Shown one piece after another: positions 39,398-51,532 of a stretch of DNA of 64,000 bases. A program made the position numbers and the translations under genes. Position 1 is the stretch's first letter, and each line of letters opens with the position of its first letter. Source of the stretch: Octopus bimaculoides (Eukaryota); assembly GCF_001194135.2 (NCBI RefSeq), contig NC_068984.1, forward strand, positions 98,083,006-98,147,005. The letters are read 5' to 3'. Below the pieces are notes generated by a model. It saw only the letters and a list, made by a program, of their open reading frames with translations. It ran no database searches and had not been told where the DNA came from.

Positions 39398-40999
39398 ACT
39401 TTCTTTTATCTGTACATCTGAAATTCATACCTCTTTTTTTATGTAATATAATCCTAAGGCAGAAAATGATATATCTTTTTTTTATTGAAAGAAATTTATT
39501 CAAATCAATATAAACTTTTTTTCTACAACCTTGTTAGTATACTTTTGAACTGGCTTATAAGGCTATAATTGACATAACTTATTCAACCTAGTCAAGAGAG
39601 GAAAGCAAATGTTTACAAAATAGTTTTAAAATAACTAAAATAGTTTATCCATACTATTCAATTCAATTAAAAAACTAATAAGGATTCTACCCCCCCCCCA
39701 AAAAAAAAATTAGTAAAACAATTTCCAAATGCAACTTGCAAGAAAGACCATCATAATGTAAGAGAGAATGTGCATAAAATAATTCTCCATTCCTCAATGT
39801 AGACTAAAAATTCAAAGTTTTTTGAGAGTACATAATGTTGTTATAGTCTCACAGTATTAGGTGGCTTATGTAAATTGCAAAAAAACTTCATGTGGAAATC
39901 CAAACCAGGTTATACTCCATTCTAACAGGCTGTTAACAGAGATTAAGGTACTGCTCAACATTGCATGGATGTGTTTGCATATGCGTGCACATAACAAAAT
40001 GTTAGTAAGTGAGCACATATTGTTGAGGTAGAAAATATGATGATGAAGTAAGAAGACAAATGCTGTAACTGAGTATTTGTGGTAATCAGAGCAGGAGAAA
40101 AGCAAAGAAAAATGTTCAGTTAACTATCCTCTATATAAGCTTACACAATAGTTGACCTTCTATATTTATTCTTTTCACTCCAGAAACTTATTTTTTACAA
40201 GCAGTTATTTTCTCTCTTTTGTACCTTCTTTCATAAATATCCATTTGTATTTAAATATAAACTGAATATTCAATAGTTAAGAATGTTAAGTATTAATAGG
40301 GGTATGGGACAGTAGAAACATGATAGATAAGAACCCAAATCCTTTATAGCTGAAATAATGACTCACAAGTTCAATTCTTAACCTATCAGATGGCAGATAA
40401 ATATATACACCTATTTCCCATTGCTACAATTGAAAAGTTTGGTGATCAAAACATGTAAATAACACAAAGGAAGGGCAAACAATATGATCGATTTCTATCC
40501 TTGTAACATTTGTCTCAGGATCTGGAAAAATCTACCAGCTTTAGTGTATTAAGTTTTGTTGTTTTCCTACATTCTTAAAAATACTTTAGATACACCATAT
40601 CATTTGATTACAATATGATATAACAATAAATTTCTACTTTTCCTATTATCCACTGCAAAAGAAGACATGGCTTTGCGAACTGTAAGGACATAGATAAGAC
40701 CAATACACTACTTGAGGGTATCGTATTAATGAGATAAGATACATATATCCTACTGGAGAAGACACTAGTAATTAATTGGTACTGCTTGTGTCAGTGTTTA
40801 CTGAGGACGTTTTGAGTTCACACCAATTAATTGAATCCACAATATTATGAACAGAAGGCAACCATGATTGGCAATCATACACCATCAAGTAATCTGATTT
40901 CTGATGGCAGATACCAAACACGTAAAGTCCGACTTGATCATAATAACACATGTTTTTAACTGCCCACCTCACCTTTTATGCTCTCCAAAATAATATTCC

Positions 41000-41400
41000 T
41001 GCGCAACTGCACCACATATAAATTTGGGTTGTAATTGATTGAGAACCTGACCAAACAACTGAAGGTGCCTTTTGAGAAAGAGCTGTCAAAAAGAAGCAAT
41101 TTGGCAATAAGACAGTTTAACAAAAAATCCAAAGCATAGACATGCAGAATTCAATGAAGAAAAACTTCCAGTCTGCTTAAGTCTGCTGTTCTCACAGGCC
41201 ACACTCAACACATGCAGTAAATGAGTGTTCAGTAGATGTGAATTTTTTTATGGTTACATGGATCTCCAACCTAGACTAGATGACAGAATACAGCATGTAC
41301 CTGGTTGATGTAAACACCACTCATTGTCTTGGCCTGTAGAAGTAAAGGAGTTTGAATTGATCGACCTCTTCCAGAACCTTGCTGCTGAACATAACGAGAC
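41000..41400 (-). mobile_element. Old RTE-clade LINE thumb-region remnant
   Basis: LEEVDQFK.., VWPVRTADLSRLEVF and HLQLFGQVL, with many stops and frameshifts. Confidence 0.5.
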
Positions 41401-41957
41401 CTTTCCAGAGAGCAAGAAGCCAATGCATACAAATTTTGTCATGGCTACATTTATTTCCACATCAACATGTGACACATTTAAGAATTAAACAGCTGATAGG
41501 ACAACTATGTAATTTTAGTAAATTGTTGCAAGATTAGTTAATTAGTAACCCCTCACAAAAAGTCTAATACCTATTCTTCAAAGAGGAAAACTGAGAACAT
41601 GTAGAATAACATACTCAGAGACTCAATGAAATGCCTACAGTGGGATATGCCTATATCCCCATGAGCTAGTAGTCAAGTATTTTATCCCCACAACTATTTA
41701 TATGATATGAACTATGATAAAATGACAAAATATGGCAAATAGTTTATCAACTAACTCAGTCCTACCAGTCAACACTTTCCTTATGCCAATCCCTTGTTCC
41801 TTGATGATAGCTTGCAGTATCATATTGTTTACATGCCATACATTCTTTACAGCCGTATTTTATTTCCAAAAATTAGCAATTTGACATACTTTGAACAATA
41901 AATGTTAAACAATAAATTTTTCCTATACAATATTAAGAAAAAAGAAAAAGCACTATA

Positions 41958-42422
41958 TAGGCACAGGAGTGGCTGTGTGGTAAGTAGCATGCTTACCAAC
42001 CACATGGTTCTGAGTTCAGTCCCACTGCGTGGCACCTTGGGCAAGTGTCTGCTANNNNNNNNNNGAGTTCAGTCCCACTGCGTGGCACCTTGGGCAAGTG
42101 TCTGCTACAGCCTCAGGCCGACCAAAACCTTGTGAGTGGATTTAGTAGATGGAAACTGAAAGAAGCATGTCGTTATATATGTACATATATACACGCATGT
42201 CTGTGTGTATATGTTTGTGTGTCTGTGTTTGTCCTCCCAACATCGCTTGACAACCGATGCTGGTGTGTTTACATCCCCATAACTTAGCAGTTCGGCAAAA
42301 GAGACTGATAGAATAGGTACGAGGCTTACAAAGAATAAGTCCTGGGGTTGATTAGTTCAACTAAAGATGGTGCTCCAGAATGGCCTCAGCCAAATGACTG
42401 AAACAAGTAAAAGAATAAAAGA
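41958..42422 (+). mobile_element. SINE family A (contains a 10-N gap with duplicated flanks)
   Basis: Family A head, core and tail. Confidence 0.9.
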
Positions 42423-42601
42423 ATATATAAATATATTACACATACAATTGAGAGGACAAATGTAAGAAAGTGGTACCTAATGAAGGAGTTACATATATCA
42501 TTGATAACTGTTTATCTCTGGGCACATAGGACTGACCCACCATTTTAGATACCAGGAGAAGACTGCAAGTCATATGGAGCTGAGTCAACTGCTATTATCT
42601 T

Positions 42602-42633
<32 letters not shown>

Positions 42634-42638
42634 CCTCT

Positions 42639-42681
<43 letters not shown>

Positions 42682-42682
<1 letters not shown>

Positions 42683-43495
42683 GAGGTCTAATCAATAAGT
42701 ATCTGGACTGTTATCATAGTAACAAAACTAAAGCACACAGAGTGAAGCCACTTGGCACAGGTTGACCTTGACCTCTGTTGTGCATATGCATTAAGTTTTA
42801 ACATGCGATCATCACATTAACCATGACAGAGAAAGTGGTCATGATAATACCTCCTCAGAGGCATACACAAAGTTGCAGAAAGTGTATGGAGAGGAGTGTA
42901 TGAGCCACACACAACTGTATGAGTAGTTCAGATGTTTCCAAGATGGCTTAAAAAATGTCGACAGTGACAAATGTTCTGGGAGACCTGCAACCAGCAGAAC
43001 TGAGAAAAACATTGCAGATGTGCATGCAGCTGTGAGGGGAAATCGTTCAATCACCATGTGTGAGTTATCAGAGGGTGTGCAGATTAGTCACGGTTCAGTT
43101 CAGTCCATTATCACTGAAGATTTGGGTATGAGACGCGTGTCTGCCAAAACTGCTTTCAGCTGGCCAAAAAGACATTCAGGTTTCAGCTGCACAAAATCTT
43201 CTTGAATGTGTCGAGAACAATGAGAACTATTTGAAAACTTTGTGAAAGCCTCAGAACAGGTATCACCAAGCTTTTGGCAAAATTTGATGCAGATTCTCTG
43301 CTCAACTTTCTGTCATGGTCAATGCGACTACAAGTTACTTCCAAGCACTGCTGTAGAGAGGGGAAGTGAGCTAGAATGTTAAAACTTAGTGCACATGCAC
43401 AGCAGAGTTTCAGGTCAATCTCTGTCAAGTGGCTTCACTCTGAGTGCTTTAGCATCATTACTATGGCAACAGTTCAGATACTTATTGATCAGACC

Positions 43496-43498
<3 letters not shown>
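42682..43498. mobile_element. Mariner derivative made of two 5' ends in inverted orientation
   Basis: 42682-43240 is a forward 5' half (MTEKV..EAYTKLQKVYGEECMS..SGRP..LGMRRVSAK). The reverse complement of 43240-43498 repeats the TIR GGTCT(A/G)ATCAATAAGTATCTG, the leader and the start MTE..EQRICIKFCQKLG. Confidence 0.75.
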
Positions 43499-43560
<62 letters not shown>

Positions 43561-43563
<3 letters not shown>

Positions 43564-45826
43564 GGTGGTATCAAAACGTTCCCAAACTAGTTCTGTAGTG
43601 TGCCAACAGATGGCAGTACATGGTTGCATGTGCAATGAGAGCTAACAGTGACTTTCATGGGGCAGTGTGCCGAGTGACATTGCTGTTTATTTCACAAGTT
43701 GTGAAATTTATGTTTTTGTGATTACATGCATGCTATAGCTTATGATTTTGTTATGGACAGGAAGTTGGAACAAAGGGCCAACATGATATTTTATGTTAAA
43801 CTTGGGAGGTCTGCTAGAGACATTGAGCATGCATTGGCAAGCTTACAATGATGAGGCAATGAGTTGTATGCAATGTTTTGAGTGGCATGAGTGCTTCAAA
43901 GGCAGAAGAATATCTCTGGAAGACAATGAGTGATCTGGAAGACCTGCCATGAGTGTCACTCCCAGAAATGGGGAGAAAATTCATCAGCTTGTGCATGTGG
44001 ATTTTTGGAGAACAATCAACAACATTGCTGATATTGTTGGTCTGTCGTATGGGTTCATGCAAGCAATCCTGACATCTGAAATGAACATGCAGCATGTCTC
44101 CTGTCTGCTGACCACTGAGTAGAAAGAACATCACATCAAGGTCTGTCAAGATCTCCATCAGATTGTTGCTGATGATCTATCCTTCATGTTGAGGATCATC
44201 ACTGGTGATAAGAGTTGGGTCTACGGGAACGACACTGAGATGAAGCAACAGTCATCACAATGGAAGAGGCCTTCTTCACAACCGAAGAAGGCACAACAGA
44301 GCTGCAGCTTTATCAAGAGCATCTTCATCTATTTTCCCCAACATCCATAGTATTGTGCATTGAGAATTCATCTCCCTGGCCAAACTGTCAATCAAGAGTT
44401 CTACTGGGACGTTTTGAAGTGTTTGAGGGAGGACATTCAATGAAAGCAACTGGATCCGTGGAGTGTGAAGAAATGAATTTTTAGGACATTGAGCCCTCCT
44501 CACTCATGAGTTTCTTGCCAAAAGACAACATGGTATTGCTTCTATAGCCACCCTATGCATCAGATTTAGCATGAAGCACGATGAAACCATCTAATAATGA
44601 CTCCATTCAGGAGGCTGTAATACATATTATAGACCAGTGGGAAAAGAGAGAGACACAACCGAGTAGAATGTTTGAGAGAGAATTTATTTAGAGCTTAACA
44701 TGTGTGTCTGTGTCTGCATTAAGTACATATAAGAACAATAAAGAGGACAGTGAGAGTCTATAATGAGAAGTTAGACGAATGTTTATATACACAAGAATGA
44801 GAAATACCAGTTCGTAGTTAATTGTACATGGTGACTGAAATACTGTATGAAGAAGTTGTGGCGATGACACAGAGCCAGAGTTGCAGTACGTGTTGTATGA
44901 AGTTGTGGCTGTAATGCTACTGCCTGGGTTACTTGTACAGGAGTTCTCACAGATTGTATATTCACTGTTAACCATAGTGAAGTAATTCACGAACAATGCT
45001 ATGTTAGAACCTGTGGAGTGTTGCTGGTTGAGCTGTGTATGTAGAGATGTTGTTGACGTTGTTAAGAAGATGTTGGCAATGATAAAAGAGACTGCCGTAA
45101 TGCTGTTGGACAGGTGTTGTCATCTGGCTCACAGGTTGTATCCTTGCTGTTAAACCATGGTGAAGTAATTCACGGACAGTGCTGTTTGGAAACCTGGGTG
45201 TTTTGCTGTTGGACAGGTGTTGTTGCTGGAAGTGGCTGTGTCATGTGTGGTCAGTGGTTAGACCTTAAAAGGTCTGGAACCAAAGACCTTGAGACGAGGA
45301 GAAGCTGAGTTTTTATATGGAACAGCAGGCTCAAACAGTATTATGAACAGGCTGTCTCACGTGATCTTATTTAGGGACTCCGATTGGTTATACGCTGTAT
45401 ACTGGTATGACAGAGTAAGAGACAAATTGTGCCAATACCAACCAATCACAGTAGTGGACACAACGGAGTTCAAATAGCAGACAAAGCTAGCTGTTATCTG
45501 CTATGTTCATATGAACATATATATAATAATGGGGGGGAAGAATTTCAAGTGTACGCTATAAGCACTTGCAGACTTCCATCTTTTCCCCAAAATGAAAATG
45601 CAGCTCAGACATTGCTATTTTACCACCATTGTCGATATCCAGAGCAAATCACAAAAGGTCCTCAACTCACTTACGGAAAAAAAATTCAAGGCTGGATTCC
45701 AAAAGTGGCAGAAGTGCTGGAACTGGTGCAAGGTGACTATTTCAAAGGAGATGATACAAAAACTTAGGTAAATAAGTTATTTTTTATTGAATATAATTAG
45801 TCTGGGAAACTTTTGATACCACCTCA
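43561..45826 (+). mobile_element. Decayed mariner transposon interrupted by a 989-bp insertion
   Basis: TIRs AGGTGGTATCAAAA(CG/GT)TTCCCA(A/G)ACTA at both ends; IITGDKSWVYGND..KQQSSQWK. The rejoined empty site reads PYASDLALADFHLFPKMKMQL. Confidence 0.85.
44572..45560 (-). mobile_element. Solo LTR (probably Gypsy-type) with a 4-bp target-site duplication
   Basis: AGCA is duplicated at 44568-44571 and 45561-45564. Minus-strand termini are TATAGCG (TG>TA)...GCTTCA. The minus strand carries CCAAT (45387-45383), CACGTG (45358-45363), TATAAAAA (45317-45310) and AATAAA (44688-44683) in U3-R order. Confidence 0.7.
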
Positions 45827-45832
45827 TATATT

Positions 45833-45915
45833 TATTCTTTTACTTGTTTCAGTCATTTGACTGCAGCTATGCTGGAGCATTGCCTTGAAGGGTTTTAATT
45901 GAACAAATCAACCCC
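45833..45915 (-). mobile_element. SINE family A 3' end fragment
   Basis: ttcttttacttgtttcagtcatttgactgcagctatgctggagca. Confidence 0.8.
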
Positions 45916-46207
45916 AAAACTGGAATGCTGAACTGACACTGTCCTTATTGTTCACTTTACCTAACTGGTATGAGTTCAAGAGGTCTTCTGTGGAACACTA
46001 TCAAATCCATTATTCATCTCAATACTGTATCAGCTCTCCAATCATTTGAGATTTGCCTTTACTCTTGTACATCTTCCTATCTCTTTCTTTGCCACAAGAA
46101 ACTGTTAGTGGCAGCACATGATGCTTTTCCACTAATACTACTGTCTTCTAGGTAACTCCAAGACTGCAAATCCCTTCGAAAGTCTTTTAGTGCTGCTTAC
46201 ATATTAA

Positions 46208-47591
46208 CCCTTTAGTGTTCAGATTAATTTGTCAATTGTAATGCTTATCTGTTCACATTAATTTTGATTTACTCAGGTTCAAGTGGGGTGTCCACAATAT
46301 TTGCTTGTAACTTTGTTTATTTTCTACATACAGATTTGAATTTTGTAAATGGGTGCTTATATGCCAGTAGTTTATAGTTACATAGTTTTAGCTGATAGTT
46401 TCAATTAAATTTGACTTTTATGGACAGGTAAATTTGATTAACAGGTGTAAAAACAATAACATTATGAATAAACACTAAAATTCATATTCTTAACACATCT
46501 TACCTGTTTGATTTGTTACTAAAATTATCCCAGATGTCAACCACCAACAATTTTACATTTTCCAAGATGAGGTACATTAATTTGAATAAATTAATATAAA
46601 GGTCAAATTGATACAAGATTTTATTCTTCCTCTATATTTCATTCAAACATTTTCATTGAAAATAAAGTACAAAACTCTTTTACTAGTCAATATACCATTG
46701 GCTGTGTACTCTTATACAATTTAATGAATTCATTTACGTCACAGAATGCATCTAATAAAAAAAAGCTCATTAACAGGTGAGATAAAGGTGAATACAGGTG
46801 CGTAACATATTGAAAATTTACAAGTATTTTTCACTTCCACATATTTATAATAAAATGAAAAGGAATAAATGATAAAATAATATAGTTATGACATATTTCT
46901 GTCATGAAACTGCCCAAAGCACCCTTTACACAAGGGCACTTTGCAAAAGGAACACATATACAAAATCTCAATCTGATACCCTTTTGCAGTTTCCCTTTTT
47001 TGCAGTAAACACAGTCTGCAAACTTTTTTTCTTCTATATATCTTTTCGACTTTATGAAGTCAATATTTTCTTTGTTGACATCCACCTCAGTTAATTTTGC
47101 TTTTCTCCCAGTTCTGTGCTTTCTGGAAGAAAAGCCCTCACATAACTGAGATGCGATGTCAACCTGAAATTTCAAGTAGCAGAAATACCTTGTGGCTTTT
47201 TACATATACAATATATGAATTAACTATAGTTAAATTAAATAAAAACCACAAAATGTACCTCCACCATTTCTTCCCAGGTTGACCAACTGGGTAATATGCC
47301 CGATATTGGTCATATTTATCAACCCCACCCATATATTTGTAATAACAAATATTCACTAGGGGTTTCCCATCAGCACCAACACCAGGTTGTTCATTAGTAG
47401 ACAGAAATAAAATCTGTCTTTTGTCTTAGAAAGCAGTAGCTAATAAATTTTCCTTTTGCATTCGTAAAATGTCCCCTCTTTTTTTTTTTTAAATTTTGTT
47501 TTCATTTCACGGGGTAAACCTTTACGGTTGACCATAACAGTTCTGCACGTGTAAGTACTTACACAGGCAAGATTTTCTGCCAAAGCCACTG

Positions 47592-47624
<33 letters not shown>

Positions 47625-48750
47625 AGTCACAGTAGAGGTGTTGGTACTGATGGTGAAATGGTTCAGTAAGAGACCATGCTACATCATGTCCCAATCCATA
47701 TGGTCTGTTTCCTTTATATCTTTTATCTGTGTCTGATTCACAAACTTCCCATACCTTGATCCCCCATTTAGTGGGTTTGGCAGGCATGTACTGCCGAAAT
47801 GTACTCTGCCTTTATAGCCTATCATGGCTTCATCTACACAGATTTTTCCCAGGTAGATGCCCAGTTTTATAACTATTAAGGAGTAAATCAATTACAGGAC
47901 ATACTTTGTACAGGGGATCGTAATGTGGGTCGTTTTTGCTGGGGGCATTAGCAGAATCAGTTAAATGTAAATACTGAGATATTTTCGAATACTTTGCCTT
48001 CAACATTATACTTGAGATATACGGATCACCAAACTCCAGTAGTTCCACAGTCAAGGAAGCTATTTAACACCAAACATAATATTGATTATGAAAAATGCTC
48101 TCATTTCTGCAGTGTAAGTTGGCTGCCATAGTTAAATGTTTCTTCCGCAAACAGAAATTATACGTTGCGCATATTTGTTTGTTTTCCCCGTAACATTTTC
48201 AAAAAAGCTTTCTGGTAAAAATAATAAATAGATAGTCCACTGTTTGAACATCAGGAGGAAAATTGTGTTGTGAACCAGTATTTTCTGTGAAACTAGGAAT
48301 AATGATATGTGTTGTAATCTTTGACCATGTTTCTATCATTTTCATCACTTTCATTCTCAAAATTTTCCTCATCGAACGAATATTCACTAATATCAATATC
48401 AAATTCGTCCAAAGACAAAATATTCGTTTTCATTTATATTTTCTATATCGTCAAGTGTAAAACCTTCAAAGTCAGAATTGCTACTTGCTGATACCATTTC
48501 ATTAAAACTAAGGTACAGATTTCTCTTCAAACGTTGAAAAAAACCATGTGGTCTAAACAATTTCACAGTATTTATACTTGAATAAAGGCGAGAAAGCCTT
48601 CATCTTACATTACCTTAGAGCTATGAGAATTCAATAATGTGATTTGTTTATTTTTTTTAGAGAATTCGTAGAGCAGTCGGATACAGCCAGATTTGGCCAG
48701 TTTGAACAAATAAAGGGGAATTAATTTTGGCCGGTTTGAATACTAAAAGG
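46208..48750 (-). mobile_element. Full-length decayed piggyBac (PGBD4-like) transposon with TTAA TSDs
   Basis: TTAA at 46204-46207 and 48751-48754; TIR CCCTTTAGTGTTCA / CCTTTTAGTATTCA (12/14). Transposase pieces ICVDEAMIGYKGR, MPAKPTKWGIKVWEVCESDT, YYKYMGGVDKYDQY, KKWWRYIL and a Cys-rich C-terminus. Confidence 0.92.
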
Positions 48751-50329
48751 TTAAAGGTAGCTGAGGACACAAGTAATGATCTAAGATATTATTAGCTTTG
48801 AAATACATATTAATAGTGCAATGCCACACAAATCTTTTTAATTCATGGGATATATATGTCCACCATCATGCCTGATATAAATCAACAAGAAGCTCAGTCT
48901 ATACTTGTCTAGTTTTATAACCTGCATATATTGGTCAATACTTGACACTCCATGTTTCAGCCTTCCTGCAAGTTAGCATTACACATCCAGAAAATCTATT
49001 TTAGCTTAGTCCCTTCAACCAATATTAATGTGACTGTTGATTATTTGTAGTCAGTTCTGTTAGAGAAAGCAGAGCTAAAATGTAGCAGATCAAAGAATCT
49101 TTAGATTGGTACTCTAGCTATGGAAATTTTGCTTTTATTGTTGGCAAGCTCTCATAATATTTAAAGATTAAACATATGCTCTTCATTTCAAAGACAAACA
49201 AGTTTATTGAGAAGTTTACTGGAAGATTTTAAAAGGAGTGATGTGGGAGTTATTGAAGGGAAATTCAACTGCAACAAAGAGCAAATCGAGTAACTATGCT
49301 GAAGTTCACATTGTAAGCTTGACTCAATATTGAAAAAAAAAAAAAAAATTACAGAGCTCACCAATTATTTCTACAATCAATATATTGGACAAACTAACAA
49401 GGTTGCTCTAGTTACTAGAAATAAGAACCAAATTGCTGTCAAATCACAGCCTGACATCTTAAATATTCTTAGTACATTGCTTCAATGAAAGACAATTAAT
49501 CATGATTGGAACAAAGCTGTTTGGCAAGTGGAAACAACAATAAAAACAGCAAGAAACAATATTGTAGAAATGATTAACCAACGAGTAAGAGGTGAGTTTC
49601 AGTGAGTTGTGTCTTCAACATAGCTTCATTTCATAGTTAAAGTCATCTTTAACTCTTCTTTAAGTAGATGTTGTTGTAGTTGGATAAATGTAGAAGTGGA
49701 CTGGCTACAGTAAGAGGGAAACTGAAATCAAGTCTTATTAGGACTTAAATATTTCAAGTTTCTATAAAAATGTTAAAATTCTATGTTACCCTTTTTCTAA
49801 TTATTTCAATACACTCAACATTATTATTAAATGAATCTAGGTAATTTTATTAACTTCTTTATTTAGTTATTTGAAAACTGAGGTAGACGGACAACATAAT
49901 GAAATAAGCCATTATTCCATTATCCCAACTTCAGTGACTCAATATTGCTTTCTGAGATTTGGGGGCAATTTTGATTTCCTGTATAATTTTTTTTATCTCC
50001 ATGTTGTAATGGAGTATAACAGAGATATTTGTTGTTATGTCAATCAACTCCTGCATAACTTCATATAAGCATTGGCATACACCCGAGAAGAGTTAAAACT
50101 AACTCCAACCAACAAAACTATAGCTGTTGAGGGAAAATTGGCTTCTGTTTTTTGCAAGTCAAGCTGCCTGTTGTGATCATCTGTCAACTCTGCTGATATA
50201 GTATATCCACTGACTGGATAAGCAGAGGACTACAAAGCACATGTAGTGGTTGACTAAGTAGTATTGTATTTCAGTCTGGGCATAACTCCACTATCCCAAA
50301 AGTACCCTTAAATTGTTGGGCAATGTGCT

Positions 50330-50590
50330 GTGCTTGAGAAGACCTGTTGAGTCAAGTGAAATCATAGTTGTGGCCAATACTAGTGCTACCAGACTGGCAT
50401 CTGTGCTGGTGACATGTAAAAAGCAGCCACTACACTCTTGGAGTGGCTGGCATTAGGAAGGGCATCCAGCTGTAGAAACCTTGCTAGATCAAATTGAAGC
50501 CTAGTGCATCCTCCTGGGTTGCCAGTCCTCAAAACGTCCAACTCATGCCAGCATGGAAAGCAGACATTAAATGATGATGATGATGATGAG
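50330..50590 (+). mobile_element. RTE LINE 3' end fragment
   Basis: ggaagggcatccagctgtagaaac..gccagcatggaaagcagacattaaatgatgatgatg. Confidence 0.85.
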
Positions 50591-50675
50591 AGCTTGTGGT
50601 TACTACAAGTCTATGTCATATTTCTTCATCTCATTTCAAGTATAGCCATAGTCATCTATCTTTTAGATTGATATA

Positions 50676-51532
50676 CAAAGGGGTATCCAAAAGTAACCAG
50701 AAACATTTCCTGTGGGACAAACCTGTTGTAGTTCAGGCTTCTGTGCTAGAAACCATTTGATGCAACTTTCAGGCATTGATCTGCTGACAGGTGTTGTCAG
50801 GTGAAGTTGTACTGCCATGTGGTGTGTCTTTGTTTTGCAGTGCTTCTCTCCAGTTTGTTGATTTTTGCGTTGGCTGAAATGAAGGAACAGCATGCTTCTG
50901 TGAAATTGTTTTCTGCTGAGGAAAACGGTGGCCAAAACAGTTGTCATGTTTCAAACAGCTTACAAAGATGCTGCCATGAAGAAAGCACAAGTTCGCAAGT
51001 GGTTTCCACACTTATAGAATGGTCACTTGTCGCTTGAAGACTTTGTTTGGGACGACTATTGATCTCCCGAATGAATGAAAATTGAAGGACTGTCACCGAA
51101 CAACTGACAAACTTGTTGATACGACTGATGTGTCCTGGAGACCCCGCCAACAGATTTCAAGTGAGGAATTGCAAATGAAGAGCTGTAGCAAAATTCGTGC
51201 CTTGCTTATTTATGGAAGACCAAAAGCAGTCACAACTGAACATGTGTCGTGAACTGAAAGTTGACCCAGGCCTTTTTTCAAAGGTCATCACTGGTGATAA
51301 GCTGGTGCTATGGAAATTGCAGATGTAGAAGAGGTGAAGAAAAAACTATGGAGGCGTTAAGAGACATCACTTTGCAAGAATTCCAGCACTGCTTTGAATA
51401 GCGGAAAACACACATGGATCAATGCATTGCTTCAAATGGAGAATACTTTGATGGCGATAAAAGTATAAACATGTAAAACTAAGTGAATAAAATAATATTG
51501 CAAAATTCTAGTTTCTTTTGGGTACCCACTCA
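50676..51532 (+). mobile_element. Internally deleted mariner element
   Basis: Imperfect TIRs GGGTA(T/C)CCAAAAG(T/A)AAC(C/T)AGAA with flanking TA; fragments MKEQHASVK.., QTAYKDAAMKK and VITGD. Confidence 0.75.

Noticed and set aside
42011-42107. Apparent 43-bp tandem duplication inside a SINE
   Set aside because: The identical copies flank a 10-N gap, typical of unmerged contig overlap.
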